The translations under genes and the position numbers were made by a program. DNA of 64,000 nucleotides, taken from positions 7,647,566-7,711,565 of the forward strand of contig NW_003526943.1 in assembly GCF_000181795.1 (NCBI RefSeq), written 5' to 3'. Under the pieces are notes generated by a model that saw only the letters and a list, made by a program, of their open reading frames with translations, did not search any database and had not been told where the DNA came from. Positions 12,501 to 26,240 of this stretch are shown here, piece after piece; position 1 is the stretch's first letter; each line of letters opens with the position of its first letter. Source of the stretch: Trichinella spiralis. Its lineage: Eukaryota.

Positions 12501-15500
12501 ATTATTAAGTTTAACGCATTCTTTGGGAAAACTTTAGCAATTTCCTGCCCCTTATTTTACAAATAATACAATTGCTTTTTTTCCACACTGGAATTTATTA
12601 TTAGATTTTATCATCATTCAATAATAATCAATAAGGACAAATTAATTTCAGCCCATATAAAAATTTCCATTTCAGTATAAATTCTTTGCTAAATTTATTA
12701 TATTGAACATTTTATTTAATGAAAATTGAAATTTGAATAATTCCATTTGTGTATGACAAAAATTTTCACATGCATCCATTTATAATTGTGAATGACAACA
12801 AAAAGTTTTTTTGAAATACACATCTGCATTAAGAATATAATTTCTACATCATGATAATCTTGCTTTGTGTTCACAACGCAGTTTATTTGAACATTTTATG
12901 TGAACAGTTTCTATAAAAATCTGAAATTGGTACAGTTTGCATTAATTATTCAATGATTAGAATTTTCATACGCATTTATTAATGTTTACTTGGTAGAATT
13001 TCACCTCTTAGCTTGACTCTAGGCTGCTTTAGCAGAGGATTTGAATTTTGAAATATTTAATTAAGCATCAGTGATTCAGATCATGTGATTAATTGTAAAA
13101 TGTGCACCTAACTTGCTAAGCATTTTTATGCAGTTATATTATAATTTCTTTTAATGAGAATTATTTTTCAATGCAGTAATTTCTTCTTTTTTTGAGCAGA
13201 AAAAATTTGAATAAATGGAATGTTCAATAAATTGTGTCTGTTTATCGACTTTTATAAATTAAATGAAATTGAAACTTCATTGTCACATAGCATGTGAAAG
13301 AAGCATATTTTTATGAAATTAATCCCTTTTGATATGCATTGCTACTGTGATAGTATAATTATGAACACTATTTTGAAGTAAAAGTAACAGCTAACTATTA
13401 GAAAAGAAAAGAAAGGAGAAAAATCCAACTCACCGTTGTTGTTGTTGTTGTATTATGAATCAATGGCTAACAGTAAAGCATGACAACTACAACAACATTT
13501 TAAGATATAAGGTTAAAAAAGATTTTAAAGAAACAAATAAAGGAAAATGGTGAAATTTTCAAAATAATCACCCTGAAACAAGATGTTTGCAATGTCCTTT
13601 AAAGAAAACGTGCTCTTTTAATTGCATTTGTTGTTGCATTGTGACTGGCATTGTGCTAATAGAATCATAGCATAGTGCATATGCCACATTTATTACTTAA
13701 TCAGAAAACTTTTCCTATAAAATGCAAATATTTTAAGGAAATAAATGCCTCTTTTCTTTTAAAGTTAGCATTTCAACTTGAGAATAACACTTTTACTTAA
13801 TATTAAATGTTATCATGATAATAATATATTCTTTTTTTTATTGTGAATTTTTAAGTTCAAATACATTGTTATAATTTGTTGCAATTTGATTTATTGGAAA
13901 TTCACTTGTACAGGAAGAATAGCATATTTTTTTATATTCATTTTCTGTGCACTCTGTGCCTTTCTGTCATTCGTGATTATAAATAATTTAAAACAGAAAT
14001 ACATTAAATTAAGTGATACAGAAAAAATGATTGGCAGAATGTCAAAAGTAGTAGAGTGTCAAAAAAATTAATGAAAATGCTCTTTAATATTGATTTAATT
14101 GCAGTTTCTTTGAAGAGAAAAAAATTTTCCTTTCATGAACATGTTTACAAAAGAGAATATTGATTGCAATACTGGATTGCTTCATAAATTTTTCTCATAA
14201 AATTAATTAGGAGCAATCATTTACTGAAATTTTTGCTTAATAAGCATGAAAATAACGTTATCAATAAAACAATTTTCATTTTTTATTTATTTATAAAATA
14301 CATTCAGCAACTGAATTTGCCTAATGATGTTTTATGGACAATAATTTGAGAAATAATCAAATTTGACAAGCATCTGCAAGTTCATTTTTGTATGAAATCT
14401 AATTTTTTCCCTTATGCCTCAGTCATCCGTTGATTAAATATGAAAATTGAGAACTTCTATCGATGTTTAATAGCTTTGAAAACTGTGATTTCTGCTCTGG
14501 TGAAAATTTTCTCTATCAAACAATAATACACTGCAATGCGAAGCTAATTTCTGACATCTTTTAAATTGAATCCAACAATTCTAAAACTGCTGCAATAGAA
14601 AGGGAAAAAAATTTTCAATTTTTCATACAGTTTAAAAATATTCAATTATTTAAATTGATTTGAAATATTTATGCAAATAAATAACAGTATAAATTTTAAA
14701 TAAAAATGTCAAAACAGTTACTAATTTATAATAACTGAATAGTGCAATTCTTATTATTAAACCAAGTGAAACTTGAAGTGATTAAAATATTTATTGATTT
14801 TGTACTGGATTGCCTGAAATGCGTAAACAAAGTATCTATAACACTATAATGCATGTAATTTCTTTCAAAGATTTCAAATTTTATTCATATTTTTAAAAAC
14901 TCCTTAAATTGAACTTTTAATTTTTGGAAGGAACTTTCACGTTGGATTTCAGAACGAAACCCATCCCCCATTATTATTTACCAGCTGAACCATATTTGCT
15001 ACTGTAATAATTAATCTGTTGTGATTTTTATGTGAAATTTTGTTTCAAGCTTTGTGATAAAAAGCATGATTTGTTTAATTTTTAGTAAAAAGTAGTAGCT
15101 TGGATGAAAAGAAAAAGCAGTTACTTGTAATTGTTGCTGGTAGAGTTGACATTTTTATAGCTGAAAATGGAACAGTTTGCAAATGCAATCACAACTATCT
15201 GATTCGTAATATTTTGCAAGCTTTTTGCAAATTTTGCACTGTCAAAGTACAATATAAATATGTTATTGCAAATATGAATAAGATAGTTGTTCGATTTTGT
15301 ATATCTTTTGCCACTTCATAGGTTTTTTTATTACACTTAGCTGAATAAAAGCATATATTGAACATTTTTTAACATGAAAAGGTCAATATACTTTGGTTTG
15401 AGTTAGACATGAAAAGCCATAAATTGAGTGTCGAGTTGTAGTTAGTATTCGATTGAGCGTGCTCTTCTTTGATGGTTGATTATTACCCATTCTTTAAGGA

Positions 15501-16294
15501 TAATATAATATTGTAAATTTGGCTTTTCGTGCTACTTTGACGTGGTGCAATTGGTCACAGGTGAGCACTTTAATTTTGTCATTTTAATGCATTGCCATGC
15601 TGAAGCTGCATGATAGAAAGCATAGATTGCTTTTCATTGGCGTTTCTCAGCCACCGAACTAGTTGCAGGTAATCATTTCGTGAAATCAACACTCACGATA
15701 TTGTCGATCTGGCTGTGCAATCAATGATCGTAATTAGTGCTGACAGCGCTTAAGCACAGTGCGGACGCGTCGCGATTACGGCAAGCATATCTCGTTGGAA
15801 AATGCTTAATACCACTTTTATAACTTTAACAACGCCTCTGGTCTCTCCAGTGGCTGTTTAGTTCTTGTTAACAATTCTGTTAAACGAACTGCTAAAGATG
15901 TTTGCAGTCGCTTAATTTTTACCATTATTTTCAACAATTTCGCTTTGTGCTATTGTTGTCAATGTTGTAAAAGTTTTTTTGTACAGCTCTTTGAAAGGTC
16001 TTACCTTTACTCGTAAACGACAGAAAATAAATCAGCGATAGCATATAAAAAAGTCGAACAAAATAAACCACAGGAGAAGGGAAATAAGCTCGTCACAGGT
16101 GGTCAGGATACATAAATAAAAAGTGCAGCAAAAACGTCACATGGTTATTGTTTAATGTAAAGTTACACAAGAAGCAAACATTTCCATTTGTCAGCTTTAC
16201 AACTTACAAAAAATTCAAAAAATTTGATGGTATAAAGAAGTAACCACAAAAGATGGCCACCCTAAATATTGTCTGCTTTCGATGACTTATCTAT

Positions 16295-16705
16295 TTAACC
16301 TGAAACGACTGATTATTAATAAAAAGATGCACATATGTAATTTAAATTACTCTATATCTGTATATGCAAGTAAAACTTACCTGCCCAAGGATAGAATTTC
16401 CGACGCACTTTTTCCACTTTTTCTCCGTTCCTTTTACCAGCCCATTGGTAAAATCGGCTCGCCCGCTTTCCTGCCCATGCGTAAAACTTTCGTTTCATCA
16501 AGTTGTTCAATTCGCTTACATCTTCGAGATTGTCCACCGTTGGATCGATTACATGATGATCACCGACTGTATCACTGTAAAAGACTGGAATCATCTGAAC
16601 TTCTTTGGCAGATGAAGGGCTGTCGACAAGTGTAGCCGAAGTAAAACTGGCCAATAAGCAAAAAGCTGTAAATATGCAAATGCATGATTTTACCGAGGAC
16701 ATCAT
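16295..16705 (-). CDS. nlp-43: Kinin/leucokinin-like neuropeptide precursor (FYxWA-amide; nematode NLP-43 type)
   Basis: Signal peptide MMSSVKSCICIFTAFCLLASFTSA, then KR-KFYAWAG-KR, ASRFYQWAG-KR and RR-KFYPWAG. An 81-nt intron (16300-16380, gtaagt..tttcag) completes the last Gly codon, followed by TAA. Confidence 0.85.
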
Positions 16706-19700
16706 TTCCGCTAAGCCTTTTTGTAAACTGTTGGACAGTTTTTTTTAAGTTGAGGACTGTGGCGTGCGTAAGAAAAATTCAGCAGACACGAGCCTTTTAA
16801 GCTTAGGAAATGTCCGTATAGCAATTATTTTCAACCATGCTGCGTCAGCAAGTCTTCTCATTCGTCAAAAGCCCACGCTACTCCTTTCCAATATTGACCA
16901 ATGAACTGGCACATTCGAAATTGAACTCCTCCTACAACTTTGGAAAATATGATGCGTAGACCAGGGGTTCAGAAAAGAATGGCCAAATATTTCGAAGCAG
17001 CACCCACGCTTTTCTTTTTGCACATTTTATTAAATATAACTGATTTTCCAAAACCGTAGCAAATGTCTACTATTCAGAGAGTCAATTTATGGATAAATTT
17101 CACTGACGATTCAGTAGTAAGGAAATTAGTAAGCATCAGAAAAGAATTACTTGATTAACTAGCTTTAATATTGGAAATTACTTACTCTTAACCAGATGGT
17201 GTTTTAATTCACAAGAAGAAATTTCTATATCTTGCTGTGAGGCTTAAAGTTCAAATAAATCACACTTTGTATTACATATTGCAAATAACATAAAATTACT
17301 TGCATTTTGATTATGATCAGTATATGAAAGTTTTAGGATGCCAAAATGCTTAAAAATGAAGATAATTTATTCTTTAATGCTTTAAGAAAATATGTTGAAT
17401 TAATAAACTGAACAATAATATAGCAGCTTTTAATAATAAATAAGGATGTTTTGATAAATAAACGCATAAATAATCAACTGGTGAATATTTATTAATAAAT
17501 AAAAAAATATGTCATTAAAAATTAATTAGTATGTATTCTTGAAACTTGCTGAAGTTCTCATGAGATGATTTATATTTTATATAACAACTGATTAATAATA
17601 TGAACTTACTTTTTTATTTATTGTGCTGTCTTTTTGGTCAATTTTGTTTGTCTATTTATTGTCAACAGTTTCATTTTAAAATATTTTCAATCTTAGATGA
17701 GAAATGCAACCAAGCTTAAACTTTTGCACATTTAAATAAAAAATAACTACATATAAGCAGTGGTTCTGAAGAAATAAATCATAAAAATAAATAAATTTAT
17801 TAACAGAAAATTTTCCTTAATGCATAAAAAATAAAATTGCATCTGCTTTTGAAAATAAGCATTTTAAATCATTGAATTTATTTAAAATAATCATTCTCTA
17901 GTGCTTAGCATTAAAAAGAATAATACTGCATCTGTATATTTTGATTATAAAATAACTGCTTAATTTCATATTTATACCATTTATAAAGGTAGTATTTGAT
18001 CTGCTTAAAGTGCAAAATCAAAATAAAGGATGGCAAATGTTTTGAATAAAAATTTTCATTGCCAAATACCCAATTTCATTTTTATACTATTAAAATCATA
18101 ACTTTATTTATTTTCTTTAGTTTTTCTTTTTCAAACTTTGCACTACGAATAACTAACAAATTATAAGTTAACTTTCATTTGCAAAGTTTCACACCATTAT
18201 ACTTCAATGAAAATATAATTATTATTAAAATTGCAAAAGTAGTAAAAGGCCGAAGTAGCAAACTATTAAAAATAATAAGGTTTAAAATTTTATTTTCATT
18301 TTCATTATATTTTACAATACAACAGTTCTTTATACAATAAGGAAAAGTAATTTTTATTTAATGAGCAATTAATTTGATGAGAAATACCGAATAAAATCAA
18401 TAGAATTGAAAAGAATAATTCAATCTTTTTATAAAAATAATTTTCAAGTATTCAATAATCTTTTCAATAAAAAATGAATCAATATGATGAAATGGTACTC
18501 GATTTGGTATTCAACAATTATTGTCATGAAATTGTTAGATTAAAACAGTAGTGATCATTAATAACAATGATAAAATTATTTATAATAAAAAATGAATAGT
18601 TGATTAATTATTTTTTCTAAAAGGGAAAATAATTTCCAAGTCAGTTTTTTCTTTCAATAAATGAATAGATTTCCCACTAAAAGACCCAGTATGATTATAC
18701 TAGTGTTGAATGGGTTTTGTCTTAAACGGAATTACAAGTAAAAGCAAGCAGTGCATGATTTTGATTATTTGAAAGCATAACTGAAATGCTGCAATAAAAC
18801 AACAAAATAAGAACTTTTCTCTTGTATAAAAAAATGATAAATTTACAGATTTATCTGTTTCACTGATTACTGTCGTTTTTTATCACACATCTCAATAAGT
18901 AAAATCATATAGCTCATAACATCAGCTGCAAATAACACTTATTAAAAGAAAAATAATATGCATACAGAAATTTGAGTCTACAACATTAAATACAATACTG
19001 GTTCATGGAAAAAGTAAAATTGGAAAGTTACTATGCGCCATTTTTGCAGCTATATAGGATGTGTCATTATATAATCATTTACTTGAAGATAAAATTACCA
19101 AAATTATTGTTATAAATGCTGAAAATGCACATTTGAAGCATTTACGGTAAAAATTGCAGCAGTGACAAAATTAATAAACATTCTCATTACAGAAATACTG
19201 TAAAATAAAAAATAAAGAAAGCAAACTAATTAGGAAAAGCAATAAAGCATTGAAGTTATATTTTAAAAAAATAAGATGTACGTACTTGTTTCTAATGCTG
19301 AGTGATGAGAAAGCTTTTAAAAGTTCTACAGTTCGTTAATGGTATTATCTGAATGAAATTCATGATGTAGATGAATTCAAATTTATGCACCATTTTTGCA
19401 GTAAAAAAATCATCAAGTAATAAAAATTGTATTATAATAAATAATTATGACTGATAAAAGCAAATATTTTCTAAAAATAACTAAATAGTGTTACGAAAAA
19501 AAAATGCACTATTGGATTTGCAACAAAAATTGATTTCACTGAAATTTAAAAATGATGCTATGATGAAATTTATCAGAAATGTAAGTTTAATTCATTAAAA
19601 ACTAAAATTTGAAATTTTCAATATTGAAAATTTGAATTGAAATACAACCATTTAATGTATGATAATCATTTATCGAATGCATTTAGTAATTGGGGTGTTT

Positions 19701-22700
19701 CAATTTTTTTGAGAAATAAGTTAAATATGATGATGAATTTGTTCAGCATGAACATTGGTTGATTCGATCGATTGATTTGAAAGCAAAATTTTATTTATTT
19801 ATTGTCACATTAAACAGATTACAATTACCAAATGCATCAGTATGTCACAGAATGTGTCAGTGACAGAAAAAAGATATCTTTGAAGAAAATTTCGAAAAGA
19901 ACTATAGTAACTATAGACGGAAATTGAAGTGCAGAAACTTTTCTTTTCAACAGTATTAACTTAATAAAAAAGTATCATGCATAATACGCACAATAAAACT
20001 TCAAAAATATCTAAATTTCTTGAGAAGCATGTTTGCACAAAACAACATTCTTAACAATGACTTGCTGAAGAATGGAATTATTTATTATATTTTGCTTTGT
20101 TAATTTCCAATAAACATTTGAATAAATTATGCTTCGAATTGATCTACAAAAGGCCTACAATCAAAATTTCATTATTATTACTATCATCATTGTTGTTGCA
20201 CGCCGTGTTCAATTTTATATTTGGCATATTATTTCATAACCAATGAATTTAAAGAAAAAGTAACTTTTTTTCAATAAATGCGTGGCAAGATATTGTTACT
20301 TTTTCTGATTTTAGCTACATTTCAATCTTTATCGGTTTGCAATTGGATATACTCTATTGTATGCTTTGAAATAACAAATATTTTTAGAAAGTAAAATTAA
20401 ATAATTCAATTTGTTTATCGGAATTCTTACTGCATTTCTTTGCAAAATAATGACATAAAGCATTTTAAATATTAAAGATATTCAGTATTGCAAATCGCTA
20501 GCTGAACTGTTTGAATCAGTCGCTGCATTTTATTTCTTATTTTTGCTTTAAGTTTAAAGTGAATGAAAGCGATTTGAGAGAAATTGAAATTACATTTAAA
20601 AAAATTTCATATTTTTATTGATTATAATTATTGTATAAATAAATGCACTATAATGAATAATTTTATACAAAAATCCGCTTTCATTATTATAGCTGTGATT
20701 GTACACTGAAAAGATAATATGAAAACATTCCATCAAAGCATATATGAATAAATCATTTTTCGCTATAAGTGAATTATTTATTATATGATCTCTTCTGGAA
20801 ATTTTAAACTAAATTTGAAGAATGCTTTAAATATAGATTCTTAATTTGCACATATGGATTTACGTTTTGATTAAATGATTGATTGCAAAATTGTTGCAAC
20901 ATTTAAAAAATTAAATAATTCCATTATCAAACATCTGATTATCATAAATTATAATACTTTTTGATAATTAAAATTTATTAATATGTGGTTATTTAAATGG
21001 TAATGCATGCTTTGCCATTATAAAGCATTTACTATTTTTATACAGTATTGTTAAATAAACTTTTTATAGCTAAATAGTCTAGAAGCAGTTTGCCAATTTA
21101 AATGTAGCAAGGAAACCTCTCTACCCATTGTTGAATTGCTCTTTTAATTATTTTTCAGCTTTTGGAACATATGATAAAACGGAAGGGAAACATATAAATG
21201 AATAACTATAACTTCATCTGAAGCATGCAATAGCTAATTTTGATAATGTCACAAGCAATCAGTATTCATAAGACAAAAGTGAGATGTGTCCAAAAAATTT
21301 TTATCTTCAGATGTTTTTATACACGATTTTATTCAGCTTTTTAATTTCAACTGGAATACTTTTCACTTCATCATGGTGAGACTATTTAGTGAGACAAAAT
21401 ATTGATTATATCTTTTCAGAAATGATATTAATAATTTGAATTTAATATTTTAAATTTGCATTTTGCTTTATTTAAAACTGTAAACTTTTTTTACCGTAAC
21501 TGCAATTGTTATTGTAATATGAAAAAAGAGAATTTTGCAGTTTAACGGTTTTCAAATTTTCTGTCTTCATTTCATTGAAGAGTAAGACAAATTATGCTTT
21601 CTCTTTAAGCGGTTTTTCTCGAATTCATTACGTGCATTATGTAAAACGGAAATTTGATGGAAAATGTCATTTATTTATACATGGACATACAAGTTCATTG
21701 CACTGACATCCGCATTTTTGAGCGTTTAATTGTGGTGTAGAAAATAAAAACAAATATTTTTTGGTTTGTTTCAGTAGCAAATGAAAGCATAAATTTTCAT
21801 TGACTCTAACAAGAAGCAAGAATGATTTATTGATTCAATTTGCATAGCAAAGAGTTATTTCAATCGAATTTCATTGCTGTTAAAGTTTGCTTTCATTCTT
21901 ATTTCTACAATTTTAAACTTCAAAGCTTAGATAGGGTATTTCACAAAAAGTTTTAAACTCTTTTAAACTTTAAGAATAATCTGTATAAATATCACAATAA
22001 ACAGCATTAACGAAATAAGCTAAAAGTTCGAAAGGCAATTCATATTGAGTAACTCATCAGCAATTTAAAAGTAGCAAATATTTTCAAGAAATAAAAAGTT
22101 ATCACTAACTATTCTCAAACAAATCAGGCGTCATCATGTACGTTGTCAATAAGCTTAATTAAAAAAATACGTCAAAATTAACTTATAAGAAAATTAATGA
22201 ATTTAGTCATTAATATTTTCAGGTTAAAATATTTAATATAATCAAAATTAAAATTCAATTTCAAAATTTAATTAAATGAATTTAATTAAAAATATTTAAT
22301 TTAAATTTAATTTAATCATTAACTTTGGGAAAGATTCAAAGTAATTTTTAAAGTATTTTTTGCAAGATTTTTACGTATCGTGATAATTATTCATAAATTT
22401 TATGTTCAATTTACTAATTTTTTTACAATATAATTAGCAATTTATTATTTATTTAAATTAATTTCTAAACTTTTGTCACAATGTGCATCAAAGTTAATTA
22501 GCAGCTTATGAATAAAATATACTCTTTTGGTTTGCAGCAAATTTTACTTTTTCTTTTAAAAAATACCAGCAACTGTTTGAAATGAAATACTTATTATTAA
22601 CAAAAATAGCATCAATCAAGACATGAATTTCATTATATCATGAATAGATTTGTGCAATGCTTTTTGCGTTGGTAATTGGATGGAATAAGAAGGAAAACAG

Positions 22701-23832
22701 AAACTTGTATTATTTTATTCCAGAAGAATAAAAATGTCGAAATGAAAAATAAAAAACTGGATGCTATGAAGTGCATAGCATCACCTAAATACTTATTAAG
22801 CATACAGTCAATTTTCATTTTATCATCTTTAATAATTTTTAAATAGTAATTAACTTATCTGCAATGATGCATTTGAAATAGACTTGAAATATTTTGTTTA
22901 ATTAAATGCAAAAACAGTACAATTTTACCATTCACAGCTGTCATAATGCAGAATAAAATCTTATAACCACAATTTAGCTTGTGCGCTCAACAAAAATACA
23001 TCAATGTTTAGTAATAAATTAAACTGACAGTGCTAAAAGTTCTTATTTAAAAAGCTTTTATAAAAATTGCATCATTTAAAAATGAAATTGGCCATTATAT
23101 TTTTATCAGATGAACAAATTATTAAATACATCTGTAAAAGAATATTTCTAAGCATATGAGCAAAATACTTTTAAAATTTTAAGAAAGCTTTTTACCAAAA
23201 AATATCATTTTTTTGATAAAATATTTTTCAGCTCATAATAATTCAATAAAAAGCATTTCCAATTATAACAAATTACAGCAAGCAGCTTACTACTTTTGCA
23301 GCGGATCTGATTTTTTTTGCATATTTATGCGTATGTAAATTCATACTTTAAAAGTTATGAAGTTGTTTTCTTTGTTATTTCTTTTAGTTTCCAGTGCACC
23401 AGCTTCTCTGCTTTTATTTTCTCAAATCTCAAATCAAAAACGCTTTAATATTTTTATTCTCACTTGCTCTTCTAGTTACTTCTTCAACTTTTATTAACTT
23501 CAATAAATGAAACTAATTAACATAATTACTAAACTAATTAATATAATAACAAATATATTCATATGATAAAATATAAGAAAAAAGAATTTACGGAGCATTC
23601 AAACAATACATTTTAATTTTAATAATTTTATTCTTCACTTTTGAATTCGTGGAGGAAGATCATATTTTAAGGGACGGACGACAGATTATAATATGCAAAT
23701 ACGAAATATTAAGAGAAAAGCATCGTTGCTTTTAAATCTGCTACGAATTTTCAGAAATTAAAAAANNNNNNNNNNGGGGCGGGGTATATTAGTATACAGG
23801 AGTTATACTCGCCGATTGCTAAACAATAATAG

Positions 23833-24600
23833 AAGATGCTGTGAAGGATACGAATGAAGATCAAGCGTCAGTCAGAGATAGTTATCGTGAAGAGATGGAC
23901 ACTGTCTCCATTCCAAGTGAGTTGCATATTTGAAAAAGGAATTATAATAATTTATATTTTAAATAAAAAAGATGTAGCTGTGCATGAATCAAATGATGGT
24001 CAGGCGTCGGCAGAGATAGTTATCGTTGAAGAGATGAACACTGTCTCTACTCCAAGTGAGTTGTATATTTGAAAAAAAAATTATGATAATTTATGTTTTA
24101 AATAAAAAATTTGCAGCTTTAAACGAAACAAGTGGGGATTTGGCGTTGAGAAAGTTAGCTGCAAATGCAAAGATGAACATCGCCTCGAATTCAAGTAAGT
24201 TGTATATTTTAGAAAATGATAATAATTTATATTTTAAATTAAAAAATATAGATGGCATTGAACAAACGGAAGATGTGCCATCGACTGAGTTAGTTACAGT
24301 TGAAAGGAGCCATGACAACCACATCGTTGGTGAGTTGTATATTTTTTCTAAAAGAATTATAGTAATATATATTTTAAATATAAAATTAGTAGATTTATAT
24401 GAACCAAGCGGTGGTGTGTCATCGGCAGAATTGGCTGGAAATGAAAAAATGGATGTAGTTGCCAATACAGGTGAGTTGTATATTTGAAAAAAATATTATA
24501 TTTTAAATAAATAAATAGTAATAGATTTAGATGAATTACGTGGTGATGTGACATCGGCAGAATTGGCTGGAAATGAAAAAATGGACGCAGTCACCGGTTC
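23833..24600 (+). repeat. Tandem exon+intron repeat array, unit about 132-141 bp, about 6 copies
   Basis: Recurring intron gtgagttgtatattt...ataatttatattttaaat...ag alternating with related 78-nt exons. Confidence 0.85.
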
Positions 24601-25143
24601 AAATGCACTTGCTGTGAGAAATGAACAGCTCACTTCTAGCAGGCCAAAAAGAAATTTGAACAAATCGCATTCGAAGTTGAACTGTCCTTGTTGCGCAAAT
24701 GGTACGAATCTTTGAACATTTGAGTTTATAGATATACATGTACAGTTTGTATATTATATGCAGAGGGTAAAGTTGTTTCAGTTACTTCGGTCAAAGAAGG
24801 AGATTTGGTTTGGGCGAGACGTTCCATGCATGAAAGAAATTACTGGCCGGCGAAAGTGTCGCTTTTGGTGGATAATACGTTTGCAATAGTGGAGATTTTT
24901 GAAATGCCACCCATCGAGATCCGCGTTGACGTTGAATTCATCGAACCGTTCAGGAATAGTTTTCGAAAGTACTACAATCCAAATAAGAATATGAAATTCC
25001 AGAAAGCTGTCGCTTTGGCTATTCTCCAGACCGAAGGGGAAATTTACAGGGAGTATTGTGAAAAAGTCTCGAAAATGTGCAGCAGACTTATGTGCGATTT
25101 GCTTCGAAATAATCCAGCCGTAGCATCGGTGTGCCAACGTTGA
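23833..25143 (+). CDS. PWWP-domain protein with N-terminal acidic 26-aa repeats (5' end lost in the gap)
   Basis: Exons ~23833-23916, 23978-24055, 24117-24194, 24252-24329, 24393-24470, 24525-24701, 24764-25143. Last exon VKEGDLVWARRSMHERNYWPAKV...IEPF...KFQKAVALA is PWWP-like. Confidence 0.75.
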
Positions 25144-26119
25144 ATTGCCAAGAAGTAGTGCCAAGAAGAGTTATCATTGAAGTTTTATAATGAGATGTTA
25201 TTTTTTATAGTGCCTGTCATTATTTATCGCACTGCAAAGTTTAAAGCAATTCTTTATAATTTGCATATAGATATAGATATATATATTTGAATATGAACTC
25301 TGTCCTATGCAATAAAAAGTAGTGAAAAAAATACTTGTCAAATTTTTACGATATGCCTTTGTATGAATAGTTGATGTAGTCTTTTTGTTTGAGATGTTTA
25401 TTCTTAACGATAAATGATGTTAATTTTGTGATTAAACGAAGTAAGGATGATAGTTTATTTTTCAAAAATGTTCTGAAAAATTTAAGAATGCATTTTTTCA
25501 GATCATCAATATTCGAATGAAGAAAGTTGAAAGTCATCAGTGTGAAATGAAATTGTAATAAATCTGGCATATTCAGAGCATAAAATTTTCAACTTGAATA
25601 AATGAACTTATAATGATAAAAGTATTTATTTTTGAATTCTTTTTAAAATATAATAATAAGATTGATAAATTAAAGCAAGTGAAGCTAAATTTGAATTGAG
25701 TTTTAAGAATAAGAAAAACATCTATAAGTATATATATTATTTGAACATGGATGTAGAAATTAATCAAATGTTGAAAATATTTTCACAAATTTCAAACGTT
25801 AAAAAAGCATAGAAAACAAGCATTTACAATAAACGACTGTCGATAATTGACTGATTCGACAAATGAGTCGACGAATGATGGAAAATTCACTCAACTAAGA
25901 ATATAATATAATCTAATGTAATATAACATGATAAAATAATGATGGAACACTTTTCTCTAAAATGCCCTATGAATTTTGCTTGCAAAATGAATAGCATGTG
26001 TTGCTCTTATAATGATGCACTTACTCGTCGATGCTCTTCATATTAGCACTGGTGTAAAGAGGAGAGTTCTGATTCATTGTTGCTTAGCAGAAGCAGCCGG
26101 TGAAGTTTATCAAAGCAAA

Positions 26120-26240
26120 AGAAGAAGAAGAAGAAGAAGAAATCAGTGAAAACAGCCATCATTATTTCCACAAACATCTCCTCCAGTTTCTCTCCTCTCT
26201 CCGTCTTTCCCTCTCTCTCTCCCTCTCTCTCTCTCTCTGC
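26120..26240 (+). repeat. (GAA)n and (CT)n microsatellites in a probable 5' UTR exon of the NTF2-like gene
   Basis: gaagaagaa run at 26121-26140 and ctctct run at 26190-26238; splice donor cag|gtaag at 26285. Confidence 0.6.

Noticed and set aside
15720..15785. Possible hairpin (cgtaat...attacg) in a GC-richer island
   Set aside because: Only a short terminal stem pairs; not enough to call an ncRNA without folding or expression data.
7000..23000. Short 60-75 aa ORFs in the AT-rich region (11024, 13886, 15100, 22633)
   Set aside because: Composition matches AT-rich background (F/I/K/N-rich), three start at non-ATG codons, and no consistent splice structure was found.
23900..24530. Repeat-spacer pattern resembling a CRISPR array
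   Set aside because: The repeats are GT-AG introns and the spacers are mutually homologous in-frame exons; the context is eukaryotic with no cas genes.
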